DNA of 64,000 bases from Nitrospira sp. (GTDB lineage: Bacteria > Nitrospirota > Nitrospiria > Nitrospirales > Nitrospiraceae): NCBI GenBank assembly GCA_047150005.1, contig AP038806.1, forward strand, positions 2,016,001 to 2,080,000. The letters run 5' to 3'. The notes under the pieces are model-generated. The model was not told the origin of the DNA. It did not search any database and saw only the letters and a program-made list of their open reading frames with translations. How positions within the stretch are numbered: the stretch's first letter is position 1; each line of letters starts with the position of its first letter. Both the position numbers and the translations under genes were made by a program. This document shows positions 30,784 to 40,366 of the stretch, one piece after another.

Positions 30784-31917
30784 TTACAACTTCTTCAAAA
30801 ATCGTTCCGCATATCCCGTCAATTCCATGTACCCCTGCCCTTCCATTGCCTTGCCCTGCACCGTGCCGCTCACGCTGATCGCGCCTTCCCAATAAGTGAC
30901 CTGGGTACTGCGAGTCGTCGTCAACTCCTGCTCGGCCATCAGCGGAACCAATTCGAGCGAGAGTTGTCGTGATGGAATCGTCAGGCGCCAGCGCTGTGGA
31001 TAGACGGCGTGGCTCGTCGGGCTCGTCCAATGGCTCAACGGTTCAAGGCTCAAGTCCTTGAGCGGCAGATGCTGTGTGTTCCCGTCCTTGTCGATGAATG
31101 TCCCGCTGGAAACTGGATCGGCCGATCCGTTGGCCCGGCGGAGGCGATAGAGCATCAGCTCCGTACGATCGGAGAGTTGCAGGCTGAACCAGTCCCAGCC
31201 GACTACGTCCTCGCCGAGATCGGCGGAGCCGAATTCATGGTCCATCCAGCCGGTGCCGGTCACGTCGAACGATTCGTGGCCGATCCTGAGTTTGCCGGCC
31301 GCCCCCATTCTGGTGAGCGAATAGTAATGGGAGGCCTGAGCCTCGGACGGTCCTTTGCGGCTGATCCCGTCGGCGCCGTGCACGATCGGCGGCTTGTCGG
31401 GCGCCAGATCAAGGTCGAGGGCCAGATCCTGATCGGCCGCCTGTAGCCGATGCCGCTCCGGGTCTGATTGCGCGTCCGCGCTCCAGCGATCGATCCAGAC
31501 GTGCAGCCGGTCGGAATCCGCTCCGGCCTTGCCGAGTCCCGCCCTGCTGAGCTTCTCGGCGTACCGGAACCGTCTGCTGTCGAGGTCCGTCACGGCGAAA
31601 TGGGCCAAGTAGAGCTGTGAAATGGACCACTGCGATGGAAAGGTCTTGATCTGCTCTCTCGGCACGCCTCGGCGAAAGAAGGTAAGTTGGTAGCCGAACT
31701 GCCGGCCGGTGGCCGTGACAAGGTGGCCCGTGTAGTACCACCACTCGGTACGGAACTCGTCATGCGACCCATGGTCGCGTGGGAACCGATAGACGTACCC
31801 TTTCGTGGCGAGCCGAAACTCGTCGGTCACCTCGGCCGCAAACGTCAGGGTGGTCAGCAGCGGTAGGGCGAGAAGAGCCCACCGCCAGCCTAGTCGGTTT
31901 GAGGTCTGTGTCCGCAT
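30784..31917 (-). CDS. AttH/CrtC-like lipocalin-domain secreted protein
   Basis: FPRDHGSH, EWWYYTG, WMDHEF, GWDWF, YWEG, GYMELTGY. Confidence 0.88.
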   Translation of the reverse strand: MRTQTSNRLGWRWALLALPLLTTLTFAAEVTDEFRLATKGYVYRFPRDHGSHDEFRTEWWYYTGHLVTATGRQFGYQLTFFRRGVPREQIKTFPSQWSISQLYLAHFAVTDLDSRRFRYAEKLSRAGLGKAGADSDRLHVWIDRWSADAQSDPERHRLQAADQDLALDLDLAPDKPPIVHGADGISRKGPSEAQASHYYSLTRMGAAGKLRIGHESFDVTGTGWMDHEFGSADLGEDVVGWDWFSLQLSDRTELMLYRLRRANGSADPVSSGTFIDKDGNTQHLPLKDLSLEPLSHWTSPTSHAVYPQRWRLTIPSRQLSLELVPLMAEQELTTTRSTQVTYWEGAISVSGTVQGKAMEGQGYMELTGYAERFLKKL

Positions 31918-32057
31918 ACACGGCGAATGCCTGATGTCGTGAGATTGTCGGAGCGGATGCCACAGCGCTTATAGCACGGCCGAGCGCAAATGATAAATCC
32001 CCTTTATTGACGATATGTTTATGCGCTACGCATCGGACTAATCAGCCCCATCCGCCG

Positions 32058-32087
32058 TTGACAATTTTGCCGACCATCGGCTATCGT
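32058..32087 (+). promoter_or_regulatory. sigma70-type promoter, probably leaderless
   Basis: TTGACA-N18-TATCGT, 5 nt before ATG 32093. Confidence 0.6.
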
Positions 32088-32092
32088 GAGCC

Positions 32093-32782
32093 ATGCAAAC
32101 CGATCGTGACCGGGATCCGCCTGGGTCCCCTGGACAGGACCGTGGGCCGTCGTTCCCCATTCCCAACCGCATTCCTATTTTTGCATTGCCAAACGTCGTC
32201 TTGTTTCCGAAGACCTACCTGCCGCTGCACATTTTCGAGCCCCGCTATCGTCAAATGGTGGATGATGCCGTCGTGGCCGGCCAGTGTATCGGGATGGCCT
32301 TGCTCAAGGAAGGCTGGGAACCGGGCTATCACGGCAATCCTCCGATCTATTCGATGGGGTGTGTCGGCCGGCTGGTGAGCGTGCAGCCCCTGGCGGACGG
32401 GCGGTCCAATATCCTTCTGCAGGGACTCGAGCGGTTCGAGGTGGCGGAGGAGTCATACGACAAGGCTTATCGGCAAGCCAATATTCAGGTCAAACTCAGG
32501 CCTTCGGAATCCGTGCTCGAAGAGGGCTTCCGCAAGCATCTCGTGTCGGTGCTCGAAGACTACCTCGGGACCCGCGAAGACGCGGTGGCCTGGCAAGGCT
32601 GGTTTCGTGACGACATCAGCGACGAGATCCTGGTCCATACGCTGTCGTCCTATCTGGGCTGTACCGCGCTGGAAAAACAATTCTTGCTGGAGGCCGAAAG
32701 CCTTCACCAACAGGCGCGCCGCCTCTGTGATCTGATTCACTTTCTCATGCACGGTCGCCACGGCGTGAAGGGTTGGGGATAG
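32093..32782 (+). CDS. Lon substrate-binding (LON N-terminal) domain protein
   Basis: VVLFP...LPLHIFEPRYRQM, ADGR, GLERF. Confidence 0.9.
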   Translation: MQTDRDRDPPGSPGQDRGPSFPIPNRIPIFALPNVVLFPKTYLPLHIFEPRYRQMVDDAVVAGQCIGMALLKEGWEPGYHGNPPIYSMGCVGRLVSVQPLADGRSNILLQGLERFEVAEESYDKAYRQANIQVKLRPSESVLEEGFRKHLVSVLEDYLGTREDAVAWQGWFRDDISDEILVHTLSSYLGCTALEKQFLLEAESLHQQARRLCDLIHFLMHGRHGVKGWG

Positions 32783-32787
32783 ATAAT

Positions 32788-33759
32788 ATGGACCGGGCGA
32801 TCGCGATCGACGTCTCTCATCTGTCCAAGTCCTACGACGGCCATGCAGCCGTGGCCGACATTTCGTTTCAAGTCTATACGGGAGAAATCTTCGGACTGCT
32901 CGGCCCCAACGGAGCCGGGAAAAGCACGACCTTGCGCACTCTGATCACCTTGTTAGCGCCCACCTCCGGGTCCGCCGTCGTCTTGGGACACGATTCGGTC
33001 AAGGATGCCGATACGGTTCGGCAGCTGATCGGCTACGTCCCGCAAGAGCGGGCCATCGACCGGTTCTTGACCGGACGCGAGCACCTGGAACTGCTGGCCG
33101 CCCTCTATCATTTGCCGAAGGCTGAAGCGGTCCGGCGGATCGCCGAATTGCTGAAGCTGGTGGAGTTGGAATCGCATGCCGACCGTCCGGCCAAAACCTA
33201 CTCAGGGGGCATGAAGCGCAAGCTCGACATCGCCTGCGGCCTGCTCCCGAATCCGAAGATTCTCTTCCTGGATGAACCGACGTTGGGTTTGGACGTCCAG
33301 AGCCGGCTCCGCATCTGGGAGTATGTCCGCATGCTGAAGGCCAGGGGGATGACCGTCGTCATGACGACGAACTATCTGGACGAGGCGGATCAACTGTGTG
33401 ACCGACTGGCGATCATCGACGGGGGGAAGATCAAGATCATCGGCTCCCCGATCGAGCTGAAGGTCGGGCTGGGCGGCGATATCGTCTCCCTGACGTTGAA
33501 GGAGACCGATTGCGTTCAGGCCCTGGCCGCATCGCTCAAAGGTCAGCCGGCGATTCGAGCTGTCAATGCCACGGCCGCAGGATTGGACATCCGGGTTGAG
33601 TCACCCGAGAAGGCTTTGCCGGCGATCCTCGAATCGGCGAACCGGCTGGGTTGCGGGCTCGAGTTCGTCCGGTACAACCGCCCGCGGTTGGACGACGTCT
33701 TTATCGCCCACACGGGCCGGCGCATCCAAGAAGAATCTCCGAATGCCGGGAGTGATTAG
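32788..33759 (+). CDS. ABC exporter ATP-binding protein (DrrA-like)
   Basis: GPNGAGKST, YSGGMKRK, LFLDEPT. Confidence 0.93.
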   Translation: MDRAIAIDVSHLSKSYDGHAAVADISFQVYTGEIFGLLGPNGAGKSTTLRTLITLLAPTSGSAVVLGHDSVKDADTVRQLIGYVPQERAIDRFLTGREHLELLAALYHLPKAEAVRRIAELLKLVELESHADRPAKTYSGGMKRKLDIACGLLPNPKILFLDEPTLGLDVQSRLRIWEYVRMLKARGMTVVMTTNYLDEADQLCDRLAIIDGGKIKIIGSPIELKVGLGGDIVSLTLKETDCVQALAASLKGQPAIRAVNATAAGLDIRVESPEKALPAILESANRLGCGLEFVRYNRPRLDDVFIAHTGRRIQEESPNAGSD

Positions 33760-33788
33760 TTTTTGGAACTCGAAACGGGTATGAAACG

Positions 33789-34568
33789 ATGAACGAGTAC
33801 TGGCAAGAAATTCAGGCCTTGACCATGCGGTGGGTTCGCCGGCTGAGCCGCGAAAAGTTCAGCATGCTGTTTACGCTGGTCCAGCCGATGCTGTTCTGGC
33901 TGATTTTTTTCGGCAATCTGTTCCAGCGCGCCGCCGATTCGCAGGTCATGCAGGCTCCGAACTATATCAGTTTCCTTGCGGCCGGCGTCGTCGTCATGAC
34001 GGTACTCAACAACGGCCTGGCCGGAGGAGTGGATCTCCTCTTCGACAAGGAGAACGGGTTCCTTGAGCGTCTCATGTCCACCCCGATCCGCCGAAGCTCC
34101 GTCATTCTCAGCCGGTTTCTCTTCGTGATGACGATCACCTCCCTGCAAGTGCTGGTCATCTTGGGCGTGGCCTTTCTGTTCGGCGTCCGTCCGGCGACCG
34201 GCTTGCTCGGTATCGCGGTCATCTTGTTGATCGGTATTTTATTCGGCGTCGGATTGACGGCGATTTCCATGGCCATGGCCTTCTCCGTCAAGAGTCACGG
34301 CGATTTCTTCTCGGTGCTCGGCTTTCTGTCGCTTCCCATGATATTCTTGAGTTCGGCGTTGGTGCCGCTGGCGGCGATGCCGGGATGGATGGGATTTCTT
34401 GCTCAGTTCAATCCCATGACCTGGGCCATCGATGCCGTGCGGCCGTTGATTCTCTCCAGCTGGGCGGACGCGCTTCCGCACGTGGGGATGGTCGTAGTGG
34501 TGATGATCGTCTTCGATGCGCTGTGTCTGTACGGCGGCGCCAAGGCGTTTCGGCGGGCGATGGGCTAG
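33789..34568 (+). CDS. ABC-2 type permease
   Basis: Six TM segments, DKENGFLERL, NPMTW. Confidence 0.92.
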   Translation: MNEYWQEIQALTMRWVRRLSREKFSMLFTLVQPMLFWLIFFGNLFQRAADSQVMQAPNYISFLAAGVVVMTVLNNGLAGGVDLLFDKENGFLERLMSTPIRRSSVILSRFLFVMTITSLQVLVILGVAFLFGVRPATGLLGIAVILLIGILFGVGLTAISMAMAFSVKSHGDFFSVLGFLSLPMIFLSSALVPLAAMPGWMGFLAQFNPMTWAIDAVRPLILSSWADALPHVGMVVVVMIVFDALCLYGGAKAFRRAMG

Positions 34569-34634
34569 GGCGCGTGGACTCCGAAGCAGTCACGGCGTTG
34601 ACCATCTTGCCGACGGGGTGGTAGAGAGTTCACC

Positions 34635-35498
34635 ATGGTGGTCATTCCGGAAAGTCAGATCAGGGCCCTCATCCGATTGCTGGCCGATGAGGATGAGAGA
34701 ATCGTCCAGACGATCAGCGACAAGCTGATCGACATCGGTCCCTCCGCGGTCCCCCTCCTCCAGGAAGCTGAAATCGAACAGCCGGAAATGGCTGAACGGA
34801 TTGCGTCCGTCTTGGAAGAGATTCGAGGCGGCAAGCTCGAAGACGAGCTTCTGCGGCTCGTTACGCTTCCGGATGATCAGGTGGATCTGGAGCAAGGCGG
34901 CTTCTTGATCGCCCGGTATGCATATCCCTCGCTTGACGTACCGGTCTATACCCGGTTGCTCGATGAGATGGCCCAAGAGGTGCAGGACCGCATCGGTCCG
35001 CGGGCATCAGGGGAAGAAACCGTCAAGACTCTGAACCGATATCTGTTCACGGAACAGGGGTTCAAGGGAAACACCAAGAACTATTACGAGGTCGAAAACA
35101 GCTATCTGAACCGCGTGATCGACCGGCGAACCGGCATTCCCATCAGTCTATCGGTCGTCTACTTGTTGATCGGCAAGCGGCTGCGTCTTCCGGTCCACGG
35201 CATCGGCATGCCTGGGCATTTCCTCGTCAAGTATGAATCGGATCGATACAAGATCTTCGTCGATTGCTTCAACGGTGGAGCGTTGCTCACCGAGAAGAAC
35301 TGTCAGCGATTTCTCACGGAAGCCGGATACGGGTTCGACGAGAAATACCTGCAACAAAGCCCCGTCCGTGCGGTCCTCTCGCGCATGACCAAGAATCTCT
35401 TGGCCATTTACGCCAAACTCGATGATCCGATCCGAAAGTCCCGCCTGAGCCGGTTCATCGAGATCCTGGGGTGTGACAACCGAGAAGGCGGCCTCTAG
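34635..35498 (+). CDS. SirB1/transglutaminase-like protein
   Basis: FKGN...YY...NSYL, RRTGIPISL, GMPGHFL. Confidence 0.88.
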   Translation: MVVIPESQIRALIRLLADEDERIVQTISDKLIDIGPSAVPLLQEAEIEQPEMAERIASVLEEIRGGKLEDELLRLVTLPDDQVDLEQGGFLIARYAYPSLDVPVYTRLLDEMAQEVQDRIGPRASGEETVKTLNRYLFTEQGFKGNTKNYYEVENSYLNRVIDRRTGIPISLSVVYLLIGKRLRLPVHGIGMPGHFLVKYESDRYKIFVDCFNGGALLTEKNCQRFLTEAGYGFDEKYLQQSPVRAVLSRMTKNLLAIYAKLDDPIRKSRLSRFIEILGCDNREGGL

Positions 35499-35501
35499 CC
35501 G

Positions 35502-35621
35502 AACGTCCACAATCCCTTTGGGCTTCGTTCTCGCATCGCTCAAAGGCTCGACGTACCAGCAAACGTACGACTCACCTTCTCGCTCGCTGCGGCCTTGCGC
35601 AAGACGATTCTGAACATCTTG
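35502..35621. repeat. REP/MITE-like palindromic intergenic repeat, copy 1
   Basis: GGGCTTCGTTCTCGCATCGCTCAAAGGCTCGACGTAC...GTACG...CGCTCGCTGCGGCCTTGC; the first half recurs at 42547-42601. Confidence 0.75.
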
Positions 35622-35625
35622 AGAA

Positions 35626-36381
35626 CTATACTTTGATTATCAACAGATCCTTCCCCATCGTAATCCGTCCGGTAAACTCTTCCCCCGCCTGTGCCCGCAC
35701 GTCATATCGCTCGGCGATCGGATAGAAATGAGACAACACGAGGCGGCCGAGCCCCGCCTCCTTCGCGACCAGGCCACATTGGCCCGCGTGCAGATGCGCC
35801 GGCCCCGGTTTATTCGCGGGGAAGGAGCAATCGAGCACCGCCACGTCGGCCTCTCCGCACAGCCGCACCAAGTTGTCGCAGTATTGTGTATCGCCGGAGT
35901 ATGCGACGGTCTTTCCGCGATACTCGATGCGGTAACCGATGCAATGCAGATCCGGCACATGGGTCATGATGCGCGGAACGATCCGCGTCTCTCCGATCAT
36001 GAAGCTGCGGTCGCTCACTTCACGGAACGTCACGCGAAAGGGCGGGCGCGCAAAGCTCGGGAAGGTGGACATGATTGTTCCAAGGAGCCGTTTCGATCCC
36101 CGCGGGCCGATCACCGTCAAGTCCGGCCGAGCGCCTCCTCCGTATTTCATGTAGATCACCGCATCGAAAAAGAAGGTGATGAAATCCGAGAAGTGGTCGG
36201 CGTGAAAATGGGAGAAGAGGATGTGGGTGATCCGGTGGCGATCCACGCCGGTTTTCAGCAGATTCATCAGGGTACGCGGCCCGAAGTCGAGGAGCAGCGT
36301 CTGATCCGTCCGGACCAGGTAGCCGGCGGCCGCGCGCGCGGGATGCAGGTTCGTGCCGGATCCGAGAATCGTCAGTTGCAT
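35626..36381 (-). CDS. MBL-fold metallohydrolase (RNase Z/BN-like)
   Basis: MQLTILGSG, SHFHADH, YSGDT, LSHFY. Confidence 0.9.
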   Translation of the reverse strand: MQLTILGSGTNLHPARAAAGYLVRTDQTLLLDFGPRTLMNLLKTGVDRHRITHILFSHFHADHFSDFITFFFDAVIYMKYGGGARPDLTVIGPRGSKRLLGTIMSTFPSFARPPFRVTFREVSDRSFMIGETRIVPRIMTHVPDLHCIGYRIEYRGKTVAYSGDTQYCDNLVRLCGEADVAVLDCSFPANKPGPAHLHAGQCGLVAKEAGLGRLVLSHFYPIAERYDVRAQAGEEFTGRITMGKDLLIIKV

Positions 36382-36404
36382 GGAAAAGCCGGGCCTCGTG
36401 AACC

Positions 36405-36857
36405 TTAGCCGTTCCCCTGAAAACTGTCGCGTAGTCTGGTCAGGAGAAGGCACACCGTCTCCGCCTCCTTGGAACTGAGCGCCCGCTCGAAATAGGGCCT
36501 GAGGAACGCGATGTGGGACGCGAAGGTCTTTCTGAAAAGGGCATTCCCCTTGTCGGTGAGCGTAACCCTGGTGCTCCGCCGGTCCTGGGCGACCTGTTCG
36601 CGGCGGATCAACCCCTTCCTGACCAGGCGATCGAGTACTCCCGTGAGGGTCCCCTTGGTGACGAGCGTGCGCGCAGACAGCTCGGTGCAGGTCATGCCGT
36701 CCGTGTCGCCGAGCGTGGCGATGACGTCGAATTGCGAAGGCGTGAGCCGCATCGCGCGGATGTGACGGCTGTCGATGCGCCAAAATGCCAGGTAGGTTTC
36801 CACTAACGGACGAAGCACCCGCAGATGGGGATCGTCTTTGAGGTCCGGCAGATCCAT
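36405..36857 (-). CDS. MarR family regulator
   Basis: LTPSQFDVI, LTGVLDRL, DRRS...LTDKG; TTGACG-N18-TATTCT ends 7 nt before ATG 36857. Confidence 0.92.
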   Translation of the reverse strand: MDLPDLKDDPHLRVLRPLVETYLAFWRIDSRHIRAMRLTPSQFDVIATLGDTDGMTCTELSARTLVTKGTLTGVLDRLVRKGLIRREQVAQDRRSTRVTLTDKGNALFRKTFASHIAFLRPYFERALSSKEAETVCLLLTRLRDSFQGNG

Positions 36858-37030
36858 GAGAATAAGAATAGTCCGCACTAGAACGAATCGTCAAGAGTGC
36901 GAGGGTGGGCGGGGGAGATCGACTGTGTTCGTTCGACGCGCGCACTCGAGGAGGAACCAAGCCGCCCGCGAAGAAAGAGGCGTGCCAGTCCGTTGACGGA
37001 CAGATCTCCCGTACCTATGATGCGGCTTGG

Positions 37031-37669
37031 ATGAAGCGCGCCGAGTCCGGCCAAGCCAACCTCACGTCGATCCTCATCCTATTGGGAGCCGTGATCGCCT
37101 GCGTCTGGATCTGGAAACGTCTGGATCTGGACACGCAAGAGTACGTGATCGACCAGGCGATTCCCTTCGCATTCGCCGGTCTCCTGATCGCCTCGGGCCT
37201 GTGGATGCTGGTGCGTGCCATCCGTCGCAGACAGACCAAGCACCGACGGAGAGAGCGACTCATAGCCCTGTTTCAACGGGAGACCGCTCGAGACAAACAA
37301 CTGGAGGCGGCGTTCGCCTTGATCGAGGTGAACGAGTATCGTCTCGACGGCTTGGAGCCGGTCATCCCGGCACTGAAAGAACTGTTTTCAACGACGCTTC
37401 AGCGCGCGCTGGGCGACAAACAGCACCGCATCCGCGGGATGGCTGCCAGCCATCTCGGTGTCCTGCAGGACAAGAGCGTGGTCCCGCTGCTGATCAACGC
37501 CTTGGAAGACGACCATGCCTATGTCCGATCCTGTGCCGCCTTGGGGTTGGGCCGCCTTCGCGCGGCCGAGACGCGCGACCGCTTGGTGCGTCTGATGGAG
37601 GAAGATTGGGATCAAACGGTCCGGAGCCGCGCGAGGGAGGCGGTGGAGCGGATGGGGCTGGGAACCTGA
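37031..37669 (+). CDS. membrane-anchored HEAT-repeat protein
   Basis: Two TM helices, then PBS-lyase-type repeats (VRSCAALGLG, VRSRAREAV); TTGACG-N17-TATGAT upstream. Confidence 0.85.
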   Translation: MKRAESGQANLTSILILLGAVIACVWIWKRLDLDTQEYVIDQAIPFAFAGLLIASGLWMLVRAIRRRQTKHRRRERLIALFQRETARDKQLEAAFALIEVNEYRLDGLEPVIPALKELFSTTLQRALGDKQHRIRGMAASHLGVLQDKSVVPLLINALEDDHAYVRSCAALGLGRLRAAETRDRLVRLMEEDWDQTVRSRAREAVERMGLGT

Positions 37670-37689
37670 AGGCCGGGGTTGTTGGACCG

Positions 37690-38547
37690 TTAAGCGGCCC
37701 GGACGCCCGCTTGTTCATCCACCCAGTCGATCACCCCGATCTCAGGCTTGCAGCGATACCGAAACGGAATGAACGACCAGCCGAGTCCCCGGTTGATGTA
37801 CAGACGGTGACGGCTGGTCTCATGCGTTCCGTCGATCCGACCGTTGCAGCCGGGTGGAAGCCAGAACGTCGGGACTCCTGGGAACCGCCATTGGCCGCCG
37901 TGACTGTGCCCGCAGAGGATGAGATCGACCACGTGATGCTCCCTCAACTGGTCGAGAATGTTCGGCGCATGGGCCAAGAGGAGGGTGAAGCGTCGTTGCG
38001 CGGGTAGAGGGACGCATGAAAGATCTGCGCGATGTAAACTGGGATCGTCCACTCCCGCGATGGCGAGTTCGCCCACTCCGGTCGCAATGTAGGTCGTCCG
38101 GTTCACCAGCAGCGTGATGCCGTGGCGTTCCGCCAGCAGCTCAAAATGCGACGGAGGGACGCCACTGTAGTGGTCATGATTCCCCAAGGTGACGAACACC
38201 GGGGCGATATTGCGCAAGTTGGCGAGGAAGCGAAACAGGTGGGGCAGCCCTTCCGGGACGTTCAACAGATCGCCGGTGATGAAGATCCAATCCGGCGACA
38301 ACTCATCGATCGCCTCGACGATCCGGTCATGTCGCGGGTGGTAGCGGTCGAGGTGCAAATCGCTCAGGTGAACGGCGCGGCGTCCCGCCAGCGGGCCATG
38401 GACCTGCGTGATCGTGGTGATTTCGTGCTGGCCCAGACCGACTTCCCACTCCGGCACCAGGCTGAAAAGGTGATAGAGGGGCTCGCTCAAACAGGATCCG
38501 ACCCACGAACGGACACGATCCGGCCAACCCGCCCCCTGCACCGTCAT
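37690..38547 (-). CDS. metallophosphoesterase
   Basis: SDLH, TGD, GNHD, GHSHGGQ. Confidence 0.9.
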   Translation of the reverse strand: MTVQGAGWPDRVRSWVGSCLSEPLYHLFSLVPEWEVGLGQHEITTITQVHGPLAGRRAVHLSDLHLDRYHPRHDRIVEAIDELSPDWIFITGDLLNVPEGLPHLFRFLANLRNIAPVFVTLGNHDHYSGVPPSHFELLAERHGITLLVNRTTYIATGVGELAIAGVDDPSLHRADLSCVPLPAQRRFTLLLAHAPNILDQLREHHVVDLILCGHSHGGQWRFPGVPTFWLPPGCNGRIDGTHETSRHRLYINRGLGWSFIPFRYRCKPEIGVIDWVDEQAGVRAA

Positions 38548-39176
38548 TTCATGACCCGATCCAGGTCGGCCCGGTCCCCCGCTGTGACCCGATAGCCTCG
38601 GTCGTAGAGGAGGCCCATGCTTTTCATGACGTCGTCGAGATTGCGGACTTGGTACCAACGGTCGAATCGTTCCGTCAGTGCCGCTGCAGGAACGTGTGGC
38701 GGATCATTCGGATCCAAATTCAGCGAGAGGGAGGAGAAAAGATCCCGAAGCTCGGCGGCATTGTACGTATGATCGTCGTTTCGATCGGCGACCAGGGCCA
38801 GTTCATACACCGTCAGACCGACCGACAGTTGCGCCTGGGTCTTCGCGAAGTCGTCTCGCGCGGCATCCATGCTGGGGTAGATCGCAGGGCAATCTTTCTC
38901 AGGCTGGGAGAAGGCGCTTGGATGCCAGTCGATGCCCTGGACGACCGGCGGCGGGGTCTTGGTTCCTTTGTAGAACCACGATAAGCAGGTACTGGCTTGG
39001 GCGAAGGCCGCCTTATCCCGCTGGACGTGACGGAGGATATGCCGCGAGAATCGCGGGAACACGCTGTCGTCTGCCGCCGGTGCCGCTTGTGCCGGAGTGA
39101 TCGACGCGGTAACGGCCAGAAGAAGGGCTGACGGCACGACCAGACGTCGTGCGCGTAACGAATGCGCGGGAATCAT
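38544..39176 (-). CDS. hypothetical secreted protein
   Basis: Signal peptide (AQA); EF-hand-like DRNDDHTYNAAE; TATACT 6 nt before ATG. Confidence 0.72.
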   Translation of the reverse strand: MIPAHSLRARRLVVPSALLLAVTASITPAQAAPAADDSVFPRFSRHILRHVQRDKAAFAQASTCLSWFYKGTKTPPPVVQGIDWHPSAFSQPEKDCPAIYPSMDAARDDFAKTQAQLSVGLTVYELALVADRNDDHTYNAAELRDLFSSLSLNLDPNDPPHVPAAALTERFDRWYQVRNLDDVMKSMGLLYDRGYRVTAGDRADLDRVMK

Positions 39177-39254
39177 GCGGAAAGTATACCATGAAGGGGT
39201 GCGAAATCTGACGGACCGGCCGGCCGGTCGCGTCCTATCCATTGACGGTGTGCC

Positions 39255-40283
39255 ATGAGCCAGCCTTATCTGACCGCCGCACTTCCCGGGATCGGTGGGC
39301 GTATCAGGGCCGTTCCGGAGGACTTTCAGGTGGAAGAGGTGCCCTTGTATCTTCCCTGCGGGGAAGGTGAGCACCTCTATGTCAAGATCACCAAGAGAGC
39401 GCTGTCCACTCCGGATCTGATCCGTAGGATTTCGTCGGTCCTGGGCATCAAGGTGCAAGGCATCGGATCTGCCGGCTTCAAAGATGCGCGGGCCGTGACG
39501 ACACAAATGCTCTCTCTGCATGGCGTCACCGCGGAGCGGATGGAACGGCTCAAGATCGACGAACAGCTGTTGTCGGTGGAGATATTGGGGCGGCACCGCA
39601 ACCGACTGCGTCCCGGACACCATGCAGGGAACCGATTTCGATTGGTGGTACGGGATCCGGCAGACCATGCGGGCCGGACCGTTCCCTTGATCCTGGGGGT
39701 GCTCCGTGAGCGCGGGGTGCCCAATTATTTCGGGCCGCAGCGACAGGGGCGACGAGGGGACAACTATCAGGTGGGAGCCGAGCTGCTGGCGGACGAAGCC
39801 CGGCGCCAAAAGATGAGCCGCGCCAAGCGCATGTGGTATCTGAACAGCCTGCAGTCCCACCTGTTCAATCAGATTCTGGCCCGGCGGATCGATCGGCTGG
39901 ATCGGGTGTTCGCCGGCGATTGGGCGATGAAGACCGAGAACGGCGCGTGCTTTCTTGTCGAAAACGCCGAACAGGAGCAGCCTCGGGCGGACCGGTTCGA
40001 GATCAGCCCGACCGGCATTCTCTTCGGATCGCGCGTGTCCTGGGCCGACGGGGAGCCGGGAGTAATCGAACGGGCCGTCGTGAGCGAAAACGGTGCAACG
40101 CCGGAACGCCTGACCGAGGCCGCGAAGGCCTGTGGATTTCGCGGTGAACGCCGGCCGTTGCGGGTGAGACTGGACCCGGTCGAGTGGACCTTGGACGACA
40201 ACGTTCTGACCGTCGGGTTTTCTCTTCCTCCCGGCGCCTATGCGACCAATGTGTTGCGGGAGCTGATGAAAACTCCCGAGTGA
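39255..40283 (+). CDS. truD: tRNA pseudouridine(13) synthase
   Basis: PEDFQVEE, AGFKDARAVTTQ, GNRF, PNYFGPQR, LPPGAYAT. Confidence 0.94.
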   Translation: MSQPYLTAALPGIGGRIRAVPEDFQVEEVPLYLPCGEGEHLYVKITKRALSTPDLIRRISSVLGIKVQGIGSAGFKDARAVTTQMLSLHGVTAERMERLKIDEQLLSVEILGRHRNRLRPGHHAGNRFRLVVRDPADHAGRTVPLILGVLRERGVPNYFGPQRQGRRGDNYQVGAELLADEARRQKMSRAKRMWYLNSLQSHLFNQILARRIDRLDRVFAGDWAMKTENGACFLVENAEQEQPRADRFEISPTGILFGSRVSWADGEPGVIERAVVSENGATPERLTEAAKACGFRGERRPLRVRLDPVEWTLDDNVLTVGFSLPPGAYATNVLRELMKTPE

Positions 40284-40366
40284 CGTCCGCTCATCCGCGT
40301 CGCCGGGCGGCCGTTCCGCTGCTCCTCCGACCGGTTCCGCGTGATAAAATTGATACGAGGCTCTGT

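Noticed and set aside
35626..36960. 444-aa ORF suggesting an extended MBL hydrolase
   Set aside because: The N-terminal 193 aa are an alternative frame across the marR gene; the real start is 36381
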